From NCBI GenBank assembly GCA_030141605.1, contig JAQGDQ010000004.1, positions 2,156,517-2,220,516 of the forward strand: 64,000 nucleotides of DNA. Direction: 5' to 3'. The notes under the pieces are model-generated. The model saw only the letters and a program-made list of their open reading frames with translations. It did not search any database and was not told the origin of the DNA. Positions 17,780 through 30,947 of this stretch are shown in pieces. Origin of the DNA: Tubiluchus corallicola (taxonomy: Eukaryota; Animalia; Priapulida). Both the position numbers and the translations under genes were made by a program. Every line of letters begins with the position of its first letter. Position 1 is the stretch's first letter.

Positions 17780-18200
17780 CTATATTTCGTTCTTCAATGG
17801 TATTAACATACTTTTGGATGTCCCCTTTACACTGATTGACTGTAACTGCTTCGATAGCCTTTTGAGGTAATTCCAAAAATCAATTATCCTATGGCTGAAA
17901 TAATCTTTTCTTAAATCCAGCTTTACTCTTTTCTTGTACAGTTGTAACTGACGTTGTCGCATCATTCTCTTATGAGTCTTGAAAGTGAAGAAGTTTCCAA
18001 CATCCACATCTGATGTCATCACCAATTCCTTTGATGATTTTGAAAGCTTGTATTAAATCAGCACGCATCCTGCTAGTACTTAGTAGTAGTAAATAGTGTA
18101 TGCGGACCTAGACGCTTAAGTCGCTGACAATATGGAACATTCTTCAACCCTTCAACCATTTTTGTAGCCCTTTCTTTGGACACCCTCGATCAAACAAAAT
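17780..18200 (-). mobile_element. CR1-type LINE 3' fragment
   Basis: Minus-strand remnants RATKMVEGLKNVPY, RMRADLIQAFKIIKGI and YFSHRIIDFWN. Confidence 0.8.
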
Positions 18201-18564
18201 ATTATGTCTTTGATAACGTACGGATTATCAAATAAATACTAGTTACTACATAAACTGAAAAAAAATACAATACGTCAATAGGCTGTGTGTAAAGTTATTT
18301 TTATAGATAAATATTAAGATATGGTGTACTGATACAAAAATCACAGTTACATAAAAATTGTATAATTTAACAATGAAAATATAAAAATGACTGAAAAGTA
18401 GTTAATATCTGTACTAGCTTTTTAAATGCAGAAATTCGAAATCGACTCAAAAACATAAGAAAGGGACTCTCATCACTTGTGCGATTCGCGCAAAACGTCG
18501 TTAAAGAGCATCTCTGAAGGCTCAGACCAAGGCTTGGCGAAGACCCACAAAGTTTCCGTATATA

Positions 18565-18678
18565 CAGGGCACTTTATTTATGACTTTTCTTGCAAAATAG
18601 TCATAAATAAAATCAGAAATTAGTATTAAATAAGCTATTTATGCAATTTATGACTAAAGTCATAAATAAAGTGCCCTG
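18565..18678. mobile_element. 114-bp hAT-type MITE
   Basis: TIRs CAGGGCACTTTATTTATGACTT / AAGTCATAAATAAAGTGCCCTG with an exact 8-bp TSD CGTATATA (18557-18564 and 18679-18686). Confidence 0.9.
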
Positions 18679-19479
18679 CGTATATACGTGTGTACAAGTC
18701 GACCTTATGTAAAAGTCGATGTGCATTTTAAGACCAAAAATTAAACAAGTGTTTTGTTTAATCTCAATCTTTTTACATGCATTACATAATACTGATTGAG
18801 ATTTATCCAATTTGCTGGAAGCAGTGTTCCCAGATGTACTACTTTTTTATTACTGTTTGGATAAACAAATCGAAATAACGATGTATTGTTTGATTTTAAC
18901 TAATTTCCAGGAACCTGGAAAAATCCGCCATTTGCATTTTCCATTATCAACATGCCCAGATAAAACAACATAATTTTTTTGTCCATACTAGCTAGCGTAA
19001 AATGAGATTGAGTGCGACAAAATAGAGAACACGATTAATTTTGGTAAATTTGGGAGTGATCACAAAATTTCAGCCATTCCCCCCATGATCCGTCATCTCT
19101 ACCAATCACTTGTATAAATTTTAATATTAAATGAGAAAAATGTTAGAGAGTTTCAGCATTGAAACTGTGATAAGCACCTTACGTAATTAGTAAAATCAAT
19201 TAAAAGTCGCGGTCACTTCACGCTTGGGCACGCTCATTTTGAACAAAACATGGCGTCATCCGGTTCCGAAGCAATATAAACACTTGTCAGGGTCAAGGGT
19301 CACAGAACATCAAACAAACGTTTAACGGAATAATTAAATGTGTTTGTTAACCCTAACATTAAAATTGGAATCAAAAGAGCTAAAACTATCCTAAAACGTG
19401 TCCTGACATTAGACAAAAACATTTCTAATTAGTGGCGCACCAAGCTTCAAATGCGTAAGGACAAGCACATATTTGCTCA

Positions 19480-19810
19480 ATAATAGGGCTGGCCCTGACA
19501 AAATTTTGTCGTCTTCCCAACTTGAGCCAATTTTTTGTTGATTTCAAGTGAATGCCATCTTGTCCTATGATGTATTTCAAGTTCAAATATTTTATTGCCG
19601 TCTATCCAGTCAATACCCTTGAGGATTTTAAATGTGTGAATCACGTCTTGCCTGTGTCTCCTGTGTTTAAGTGTCGTAAGTTTCATATACTTTCAGGATA
19701 TGGTCTTTCAGCAGTATGTACCTGGTACCATTCTAGTTGCTTGACGCTGAATTCTTTCAGACCTCCAGGTCATATCTGCATAGTCTAAGGGAGGGCCTCA
19801 TCATAGGTTT
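19480..19810 (-). mobile_element. CR1-type LINE 3' fragment
   Basis: The ORF track shows LTTLKHRRHRQDVIHTFKILKGID...TRWHSLEI, a typical CR1 ORF2 C-terminus. Confidence 0.75.
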
Positions 19811-20822
19811 GTAAAGATTGATTAATTTACTAGTATCAGATTTAAAGTATCTGAAATTGCGCTTTAATAACATTAATCTGCAGTGTGCCTTTGCGATAAT
19901 CATGAATGGTGACTTGTAATGTAAACTGAAGCTTGGAGGATTTTTTCAAACAGTATAACATAATCAGCAATACGTAACTACAGCTTATGTCCCCAAATTC
20001 CCAAAAGAACAGTGATAGATATAGGATCTGTAGATATGTGTAAGGCGTTTGCTTGATTTTAAAGATCAAGTCACTTATAAAAATTACTTGAAATACTATA
20101 TGTGTCAGGCGCATGCACTAGCCCATGTAGCAAACAGTACAGTTTATGAGCTAGCCATGCATCAGATTTTGAACTAATGCATAACCAAATATCAGTGTAT
20201 GAAGAGTCGCTTAATCGTATGACTGGTTTTATTCTTTACCAACATTGGCTGAAGACCAATAAACTGTATAGGTAAATACATTATTTTTTGGAAAATAAAA
20301 AAAACAGCACGACTTTTTGGAAAAACTTATCAATAATTTGAAGGTTGAGTCAAACACTTAGGAAATATGTTGGTAATTAAAAAAACTCTTGTAGTATTAA
20401 CTCCTTTATGGAATTTCTAATAATTATGTTGATAATATGCAAAGGCAATTTCTGGGTAAAATAATTGAGCTCACCACACTCACCACTGTATGTAGGCAGT
20501 AGAGTGGCATCAAATATATTCAAGACTTCAATAGATATGAAGGTTCGTAGCTATATTATTATCTATGGGCAACATTATAGGCAATCGCAGACTGCTTAAG
20601 AAAGTAGGTGTCCCATAGTGCTGAAACCATGCGGACCAAAATTAGAAATTAACATTTCATTAAAAGTTAGGTTGATTGAACTATGCAAAATAAAAATTAA
20701 ACTTGTTGAGTATTAAATTACTTGTTGCTGTTTGTTATTTGATTCTCGTGAATCCGTTTTTCAATGCAACCAAATATATATTTTTCTCTTGTCATGAGAT
20801 AAGTCACGTATCTTGTGTAAGC

Positions 20823-21532
20823 TGTTGGGAGCCGAGTGGACCACTGCGCCAAGTAGACCACTTGATGCGCTAAAAGTAGTGTCCTACATGGGCAGCCCAA
20901 GTAGGACACTGGCGATTTTTGTCGAGAATCGGTAATTTTGTCAAATTTTTGAAAATTCTGTGAAAGTTTCTTCATTTTATTATTTACAGAAATAATTGCA
21001 AATTTAAGAATAAGACAGATGCTGCTAAGCCTTCACAACACCAAAAAGTAATTTTTAACATTTAAGAAAAGCAAGGATAATTAGTTTTAATATTATCAGT
21101 AGTATTGTAACATGTAGGGCACTGTCCTACATGGCTCGCTAGCCCATGTAGGACACATAGATTGCTAGAACGTTTACTTATAAGAAAACAATTATTTGCC
21201 CAAGAAGTAGTGAAACGGATCACCTATTTGTGAAGTGAGACAAAATCAAAAATGATATACCTTAAACAAATTTTGTATTCGCAAAAAAGTGGTTTTTTTC
21301 ACTTCAACAACATTAATATCGAAACCAAATTTAATATTGTCCGTTCTACCAGCTCAGAATAAAATTCTTTTATTTTATTAGATGTATGATAAATTATTCA
21401 ACGTGTACTAACGTTTTTAATTATTATTATTACATAAACAAGCACAACGGACGGTGTCAGTACACTTAACGACTCAATTCACGACCTGTCTCTAGTGTCT
21501 ACTTGGCGCAGTGGTCCACTCGGCTCCCAACA
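20823..21532. mobile_element. Non-autonomous TIR element with TGT..ACA ends and 5-bp TSD (Ginger-like)
   Basis: Perfect 36-bp TIR TGTTGGGAGCCGAGTGGACCACTGCGCCAAGTAGAC and TSD TAAGC (20818-20822 and 21533-21537). The superfamily assignment is inferred only from the termini. Confidence 0.85.
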
Positions 21533-21848
21533 TAAGCCTTTTTACTAATTTTAGGATTAGCCTGAGAAATCTCCGTCTTATAATGTTCAACATTGAGTAA
21601 GCTCTTAGCCAACAATAAGCCGACTGGTGGTCAGTTACTTAATGCCTATAAGTAGTCTACAATGCGACTTATTTAATAGTCTGTATTTCAAGGGATTGTG
21701 TTTGTGGTCAGCAGATCCCTAAAATAGGTCTTTTGATGTGGTTTAAAACGTTGCAAACTTTGTATGCACAAAAATTATGATGGTTTTGCTAGAGCGCGAT
21801 AAAAATGGCGCATATGTTATATTAATGCAATAAATTTCAATAATAAAA

Positions 21849-22107
21849 CTAGAATGTGTTCAGTAGGAAGCAGATCTCTGCCAAAGCTGAACAATACTAA
21901 ACTTATTTATCTGATTCTTTTGGTTAAAAAAGATAACGCAAAGATAAAAAAAGCAAACATACAAAAATGTACCTGTATTTCTATTGTCTAGACTTGCAAA
22001 AGCACAGTCAATAATGCACGAATATTATGACGTAGTGTTTATGTACTGTTTGTTAACCATTAATTTTGGCGATGGTAATAGACTGATATATATATATATA
22101 TCTATAC

Positions 22108-22139
<32 letters not shown>

Positions 22140-22558
22140 CTGTATGTATATGTATACGTATTTACGTATCAAGTCAGCTTATAAGCCAGTATATATTAAA
22201 AAGCTAAGTTACACAGTTTTTCAAGCAATAATTTCTGGAAATGGAACCTGGAATTAACTTGTAGCTGCTTCTCTTGCTGGAGGTAATAAAAAAGAATTGC
22301 TCTGTCTTGTAGCCAAATCCTCCTCTTTCTAAACACATATTATTATCCTTCTGAGACCTCCATGAAGTGCTTTTTGTATGTGGTGTTTGGTCAAGGTTTG
22401 CGAAAAATGCCCCTTTTGGTACCCTGTACCACCTTCTCCACAAAGTTTTGTGGAAATCGATCAGGCAGTCTTTGCGTAATAGGCTTACTGCTATAACAGA
22501 CAAAAAACATCTAAACAAACAAACTGTATTGAAGCATAACTATCTTGGCAGAGATAAA
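21849..22558. mobile_element. Unclassified non-autonomous repeat with subterminal inverted motif
   Basis: Begins ACTAGAA...ATCTCTGCCAA and ends TTGGCAGAGAT, with an internal (TA)n tract. A related end, TTGGCGGAGG, occurs at ~276-285. Confidence 0.5.
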
Positions 22559-22607
22559 ATAACTAAGATAATTGTACCCCAGAGTAACCCGAAATCCATA
22601 TTTTATT

Positions 22608-22725
22608 ATGTGTGCCATTCTTACCTACTTTTCCGTTTGTACCATTTTTTCTTGTGCCACAGTTACTGTGCCATTTTTCCTGTGCCATTTTTGCCTACTT
22701 TTCCACTTGTGCCATTTTTTTCCTT
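22608..22725. repeat. Tandem TGTGCCATTTTT-core repeats
   Basis: About 6-7 degenerate units of (T)GTGCCATTTTT(CC). Confidence 0.7.
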
Positions 22726-23256
22726 ACATTTGGTTTTGCTCATTGCTTCATTAATTATTCATTCTAGGCAGCCAGTTCCCCTTCCCATCTTGGATTGTCA
22801 GACTAGTTTCATTGGATGTTACTTGATTTAGATTAACCATAGCTGTGGGATACCTCTAATCCTTACCCTCCAAGGCCTAGGTTGTCTTCTCGTTTGTGCT
22901 TTTAAATTTTGCTGCTGCTGTTTAATTTGATTAAAACATTGAATTTGTAAGTGTTCACAGCCAGACTTGTTGACATTTCCATTTTTAGTCAAGTTTGGTT
23001 TCAAAGATTTAATAATATTATTATTGTAAGTTAATTGCATCTTCTGTTTCTGGAATTATTTTGTTAGTACATGTACTTATAAACACATGAATTGAAAGTA
23101 ATGGCTTAAGCTAAATTTTAAGTAATTTTAAAATGTTTTGTTAAATAGGAAGTCCTACTTTGATTGCTTTGCTATTGGACTGTCCCATGGACACCATGTT
23201 GTCAAATTAACATACATTAAGTTTGACTGCAACTCAGGTTACTTGTAATTTTTATA

Positions 23257-26200
23257 ATGGTGCAAATTGGAAGATTTCTTTATCATGAATCACAGGTAAG
23301 ATGTTGATTTCTGTTCAGCTAAATTCATTTGAACTTAATTGCAAAAAGGTGCAGTACAAAATTTTCTGTTGAAATGTGTGCTATAAGCTTATCTATCAGA
23401 CTGACATAATCTTTTAAGTTCATTCTCTAGTAAGTGTATTGAATTTTGTTAAGGATTTAATTTCATGCATTTTGAGAACTGATTGAAGTGTTTTTTGCAT
23501 GTCATCATCTCCATTGTGTAGTATTTAATATAGATGTGTTTCCGTATTTGCCTAGAAATAAAATACATAGAAGAGTTAGTTAACAATCAATCGCTATAAA
23601 ATACTTAATTAGTTAAATGTGTTATTAGCAAAGGTTTGATTTCGATACATCTATCCAGGTGCTAAAACTATGTTGCTATAATATTTGCAGTGAATGATTT
23701 TATTTTACACCGCCATGCTAGTTTTACTACAAAGTAGAGCAAAGTGCACATGTTCATTTTCTTCAAATGTTTTTTCTCTTGTTCTTGTGTTTGGTAGGTC
23801 TATGCAAAATTAGTAATTATATTACGAATTATAAATTCAAAACTTTGAGTCATAGCTTTTCAAGGGTTTCAAAGCTGTTGTAATCAATAAATTTTCTGTT
23901 TTGTTTCCGTTAAGTTATAAGAGCTTGACTTTGTCCATGTTACCCTGAAATATTCAAGTCATACTAGAAGGTAAAAGTTGCTGCTGGTATTTCTGCTTTG
24001 CGAAATTTCATGGTTTACACACTTCCTTCTGCATTCATTTCTATGCCAGGCATCTCCATTTTTGCAAAGTTTGATTTTGTTTAAATGTTATATACTTTTT
24101 TAGATTTGTTAATGTGTTAAATAAATTATGTGGTAAATGGCTTTGAAATGATATTTCAGAATTGGTCCAGCAACTAACCTTACAATTATCACTAGGTCAG
24201 TCATCAATAATCAAGAAGAAGCAGTCGTGACAAAAAAATAACATCAGCAGCAACAACATTACTAGTAACAGGAAGCAGCAATAAAGCAGCAGCTCTGAAT
24301 ATGATTTTGTTAGTTTCAAAATTGATGTTCTATGATTATAGGCTGTAGGCAAAGGAAGGTTTGCAAAGATTCGCAGGACATTTATAGACAGCCTCAGAGT
24401 GTATGTTCGAGGCGGAGCGGGGGGAAATGGTTTGAAACGTATGGGCGGTAAAGGTGGAAAAGGAGGCGATGTTTATGTAGAGGCATCGGAATCTGTACTT
24501 GCTTTGACGACTGTGCGTGATGCATTTCCTAAAAAACGTTTTATCGGTGGAACAGGAGGTGATAGCTTGTACGTTCTCATTAAGTTTTTGTACACATTTT
24601 ATTATACTTGATATGTACCTGCTGTTGTGGGTTTTGTTATTCTTAGTACTATACACAATAGTTGATAGTTAGGCAGATAAATATGATGTTCCTTAATGCT
24701 GTAAATGATGTGTGCAAGTGAGCACTATATTTTTTATATAACTCTGCACATTGCTAACTAGAATCCAGTATTCAACAGCAGCACATACTTAACGTTGATA
24801 TTTGTGGTGAGACTAGACCTTTCTTATTATCAATGCTAACCAGGAAGATCAGACATTGAAATGGCAAAGGTATCTTTGCTATTGTCAGATGTGTGTTCCT
24901 CCTCCCTCAATGATGTGAACAGCTAAAATCATCATGTCAGATGAAACCACACAGAACGAGAATGAATTCAGGCTCTGATATCATTCACTGACTATCCTCA
25001 CCATTGCTTAGCTCTGATCCCTGGATTATTGTCTGACTTCATTTAATTAATGTATTTGTTTGTTTTTAACACTATTTGATTTGATTATTTAGCTTATGTT
25101 AAGCGAACGTACCTAGAAAACTTACTACTTTTGGCAAATGTTGGTCTAGGCTGAAAAAAATCTGCATTTCAGGGAGGCACATTTATTAATGGCTGAAACT
25201 GACTTTTTTATAGTACAAGTAAGAGATTAGTAAACAAAGCAGCTTTTGTAAGCGAAGTGAGTCTAGTTTTCATTGCCGTGAATGAGTTGTATGATGTTTA
25301 TCATGTTATTGTTAAACATATAATATTTTTAACATGCTGCTGTTACAGACCAAAATGTCTGCTGGGCTATAAAGGTGAAGATGTTACTATTTGTGCTCCT
25401 CTTGGAGTTACTGTTATGTCAGACCATGGCAGATTTTTAGGTAAGTCGGTAATACGTTATTCACTGTAACTGTTATTATATTTTTCTGAGGTTTATTCTT
25501 GATCAGGTTGTTTTGGTTGAAAAATGATAAATATATTCACTTTCTCATCAGTGATCTTTATTAAGCAGTAGTCACTGCTCTTTAGTCATATTTATTCCAC
25601 TTTGTTAAGTGCAAAGAAGATATAAAATTATTGCCAGTTTTGCAATAATACACAAATTATTTTCTTTGTACAGAAAAGTGCTGTACATTATTATTGTTTA
25701 AATAAACTTGTTGGTTAAGCTTCTTTCCCAGAAAATTATCCTTAAGTAGCAGTATGACATTCAGTCTAGGGTAGTTGGACTTAAGGAATCTATTTCTGTT
25801 ACTTTTATTTTGAAAATGACCACCCACAAAACTAAATGATGCTGATCATGCAATTTTCACCTAGAGATTTGTTGTAAAAACAAAAAGCTGCTACTAGATA
25901 TCAAAAAGTATGCAAAGCAACTTAAATGGTCTAATAAGCAAAAGCAAAATGGCTGCCATGTTCCCTTCAAGTATCGTCTAGCAGAATAATGCAAAACTTG
26001 CGAATTTCGCCTAAAAGTTATGAAACCAATGATAGTTATGAAACGTTTCAAGATGACATCAGACATTTGTGAATATATATTAGCTATATTGCATGTTCTA
26101 AACCAAGATTTAATGGTGATTTAATATACATATATGGGATTTAAAGGTCAAGGGTTTAGGGTAGTCTCCAGTGTAGTCATTGTTTTCGTGATAGCCAAAA

Positions 26201-29200
26201 AGGTCCCTGTCACTAGCTTGTAAAGGCTGGACACATGAAATTGTGAATGACATGGGCCTGAAAAAACACCAGCTCTGTCAGCATTTCATACAAATACTGG
26301 TTATGACAAAACTTCCGCATTTGCAGAGAAAAAACGATGGCTTGTCCCATATGCCGTGTGTTCATAGATGCTAACAGAAGCATTTGTATCTGTAACTACT
26401 AGAGCCGAGCAACTGACTGAACTCATACCGGCGCTTGAACGTTTTCTTGTACTTCTCACGGACAAGGCTAACACATTGTTGTCAGATGATGAAGCACATG
26501 AAGACTTGTTCACAAGAAGGGGAAGGCCAGTGAATACAATTCCTCCAATATCTGCCATATTGTTGGAGTACATCAGACATGGTATATCAGGCAGGATTCT
26601 GTTATAGCAGGCATTGATAACCGTCCCAGCTTAACCATCGCCATTTGACTGGGTCTGGAATGGTCCACCAATGTCACATGAGAACTACACTGGACGTTAA
26701 GACTTGAGGCAAGTCAACAACTCATTAAATATTGCTGTTGCCAAAGGGTACCAAGATTGAAAATGTCTCCAAGCAAGTCTTGCTGCACAGCTTGATGGAG
26801 ATGTGATGGTGTGGTCATGGTGTGCGAATGAAATGGATTGTTTTAGAGATAATGTTATCTATGTTATCTGTATCAGGATCTATAAATTGTGACTATCTTG
26901 AATGTGTGATGTGTTATCATAATATTATTCATATTGTTACAGTTCACTATGAATAATGACAATACTACATTAAGTCCTTGATATGTAAAGCCTATATCTA
27001 GGTACTACTAAAATCATTGTCCTATCTCCAGCAAAACATGCAATGTAGTTAATTTGTTATACAATCAGCTGCAGCTATCTTGGCAACCATCTTAAAGGCC
27101 TAAGTAGATGAAGTTGCAGGTGTTTTAATGTGTCAGATGTGGTATCCTTGACCTTGAAAAACTACCTTTACACACCAATGTGATCATCTTATGTGCTATA
27201 CAGCTAAAATGTTGCCTTTATATGCTAGTAACATCCATCTTGTCAGTCTTCTTGAAAATCTTGGAAATACTATATAATAGCCTATTTTCTTTACCTTTAA
27301 AACCTACATCTAGATCCTAAAATCATCCACCTGTCTGCCTTAGAACATATAGCTGATATATTACACAAGCAGTTGCAACCACCTTCAAGTTCTAAATAAA
27401 ATGATGTTGTAAGTGTTTTTAAGCATCAGATGTGGATTCCTTGATCTTGGAAACCTGTATTTAAACACCAACATCATCCTCTTTTCTGTTCTAACAGTTT
27501 AAGATGTGGCCTAATCTTGTCATTCATCTTGAAAATGGTCATATTGGAAGGTTTCTGATTGATTCTATGTCCAAAATTAATCACCTTGATTGGTTCTAGC
27601 ATTGTGCAAAATCTTCAAAATTTGCCTTGGAAATTTTTTCACCAGTTAGCTGGCCTATATGTCAGTACTCAATGGCCATTTTTTTGGTTTTTATAATGAA
27701 TCTTTAGGCAAAACAACACATAGAATTGAATGGTCGGCTCAATTTTGTTTTATGTGGTGACCAATTTGGAGATGGTTGCCAGTTTTGAAGTGAAAGTATG
27801 AGAAATGGATTGCTTAAGTCCAACTGCCCTGGAAGGCAAGGGCTTCTTATAATTTAATTTTCTGCAAAATTTTTCTGATATACATAGTTTGTTGGCCATA
27901 TTGTTTTTTTGCATTTTTTTATCCTTTTTGGTAGTTACCAAGCTGGCAACAATTTTTTCGAATTCAGTATAGTCAAATTGATAAGACTGGCTATATTGCT
28001 CACTTTTAGAAAAAAATGCGCCCAGAACTTTGAGGAAGTTCTGTCAGTCTAGTGTAGATCTGCTGTCATTTTTTTTCCATAAACAATAGATGACCGGGTT
28101 CTACAATAAGGAAACAAACATAGCATCTGTAATAGACTACTTCTGTTAACTTGACATGAACATTTTTTAGGAGAAGTGCTTCGAGAAGGAGACAAGGTCT
28201 TAGTTGCTGCAGGTGGAGCAGGTGGTGATTACACTAATGGCTTTCATGGTTTAAAAGGACAAGCCAGGAATGTTTTATTAGACCTGAAAGTCATTGCTGA
28301 TGTTGGCCTAGTTGGGTGAGTGCAGTAGGCACTTAAGTTAGTTATAAGTGATTAGGTGAAGTACTTTCTTTATACATATAAGCTGCTTAATTGGCTGTTT
28401 GTAAACTCTTTGTTTCCCAGGTCTTGTTTTTAAACTGGGTGGAAGCTGTTCAGAAAATTTAGAAACATTGTTTATCGCCAACAGCAAATAATATGTAGTC
28501 TGTTGTAGGCTACAAATTCTATTATTTGCACATCTTTGTTTGTACTGGTTTTTGGGTGTTTGCTATCGAAAAGAATAGAGTCTAAATTCTAAATAAAAAT
28601 GTGTGTCATAGGGCTTGGCTTCATTTTTCCATTTTGCTTTGTATAAATGCATGCCGTATTACATAGTGATTTCCAGCTTGATCTGTGTAATGATTCCCTT
28701 GCCCAATAGCCAGTCTTTTTCACAAACATAGGCTTTCTCACATGCTGTGGTTGTTTCTCTGAGCCCCCTCATATAATAAATGAGCCGTGCTTATAATAAG
28801 TGAATATTAAGCCACTCAGTTAACCTTCAGTCTGCCAAGTTTTATAATTAAAAATTGTAATGTGTAATGCAAGATTTCGTGTAATACAAAAAATACATGC
28901 ATTGTTTGAAAATAATATCACGAAACCTGGTACTCAATACAAATTTAGATTCAACAGTGTTAGTAGTATCAAAAGCAATTACAATGTGATACAGGGTACT
29001 GAAGTTATTGTTGCAGTGTGCTTGATTGTAGCTTCAAAACCTTCAGTTAATTACGTATTTTTTGGCAGATTTCCAAACGCAGGAAAGTCTACGTTATTGA
29101 CTGCTATTTCTAGAGCAACGCCCAAAATTGCCAATTATCCATGTAAGTACAAAGTTGTTCATGAAATGTCTTCTTGATACAAAGCAAAGTTACAGTAGCT

Positions 29201-30888
29201 TTTCCCTTTGGTTTTAATTTTCTTGCAGCCTTTCATTTTCTTGTAGCTTAATTGTTTAGAAATATAGTAGGTGCTCCTTAATAAACTCACTTTAAAATGA
29301 AAGCGTTTTGTCCCAACTAACCGACTGAATCTAGCTGACAAGTGTACTATTACTAGCACAGAAGTATGAATCGTCAGCTTAATGTGCTTTGGAAAGCCTT
29401 GGAAATGAATTAGTTCCTATGTGTATTTATTTAACACAATAATTTATATAAGGGAATGATTAAAAAAAGAAAAGTGAAAATTGCGCAAATCTGTTTATTT
29501 ACAGCAAAACTTACAAAAATTTGTCCAAGGTCGTGTAGCTTTATTTCTTCATGGAGAAGTTGGCTTATAAAGTTCTTGTACTGATTAAAACGTTGAAAAT
29601 CTGTTGTTGTATGTTTCACATGCTCACGCAAAACACCTAGTGGTTGATAAGCTTGAGCTGCAGTTGGTGATACCAGTGTTTCCTTTGTGAACAGCAATTG
29701 GTGGTACCCCTGTGAAAAGCACAGTGAGCTTCAAAAACAAACTGCTAAGCAAGTGATTAAGTTTAGCTTCCAACAAGGTTAATTTCAGTTTATTTCGGTA
29801 AAGCAAAACTTCTGCATTAGCGTACTAGTATGTGATAAACGTATTGCTTACGTTTTTGGAAGTATAGAGGTATTTAAACGAAGATTGTTTCTACGTTCAT
29901 TATAGTACACAAAAGTGAAGTAAAGATGACATAAAAAAGATAAAGCTTTTTCGTTATATTTGTGTCTAATTTTAAGGACATGAAGCAAAAATATTATTGA
30001 GTCAGTTATGCGGAGTTATTTGAGTCAGTTATTACCAGTTTTTACATTTGAATAGGAGCGGCCTGTGCCATATGTTTTTGAGTCAACTGATTCTATTAAC
30101 CTTCAGTCTAATAAATAGCACCACTGTATTTAAAATAATTTATATTTATAACTAGGTATATAAAAATTCGTTTATATTTCAGTTACAACATTACGGCCAG
30201 AAGTTGGTATTATGGAATATGAAGATTTGCGACAGGTTTGTTAATTTTGTAAACATCGCGTGTCTGCTAAAAATTTTCAAGTAACATTTATTAGTTCACA
30301 GTATTATTCTTATGCCTAGATTGAGCATTTATTCTTGATGTGAATCTACTCATGTAATTCTGCTTTGAATTAACCAAAGCTTATTTATCATGGACATACT
30401 TGACCCTACATACTTTCACACAATTTTCATATAGATGTATGTTGCCAAATGAACTGAGCAAATGAGGCCAATTTTATAAGTTGACTTCATTTGCTGCAGT
30501 TGAATTCCTTAGAGGACATACGTCTCGACTACAATCTTGTGAATTGTTGAGATTGTTCAAAATCAACTTACTTAATGCTTAGAATGACACATTGGGTTTT
30601 TCGTTGAATCCTGTTGTTGGTAAGAAAATTTCAAATAGAGTCGCAAGCCTAAGTCACTAGTTTGACTTAGCTGAAAGTGAGTCTGATTTGATTGGATTAA
30701 GTCAACAATTGTTATAAATAAACATTGACAGTACCATTTCCCAATCTAGGTTTCTTTTTGAAAAAACCTATGTGCTGCATTTTCTTAACTGCTGGTAAAA
30801 CTAGCAAGGCTTTAGCCACTTCATCATTAAATTTTACCTATAAATGTTGTCAATACTCAAGAACGTAGGCTTATTGAAGTTTAATTAT

Positions 30889-30947
<59 letters not shown>

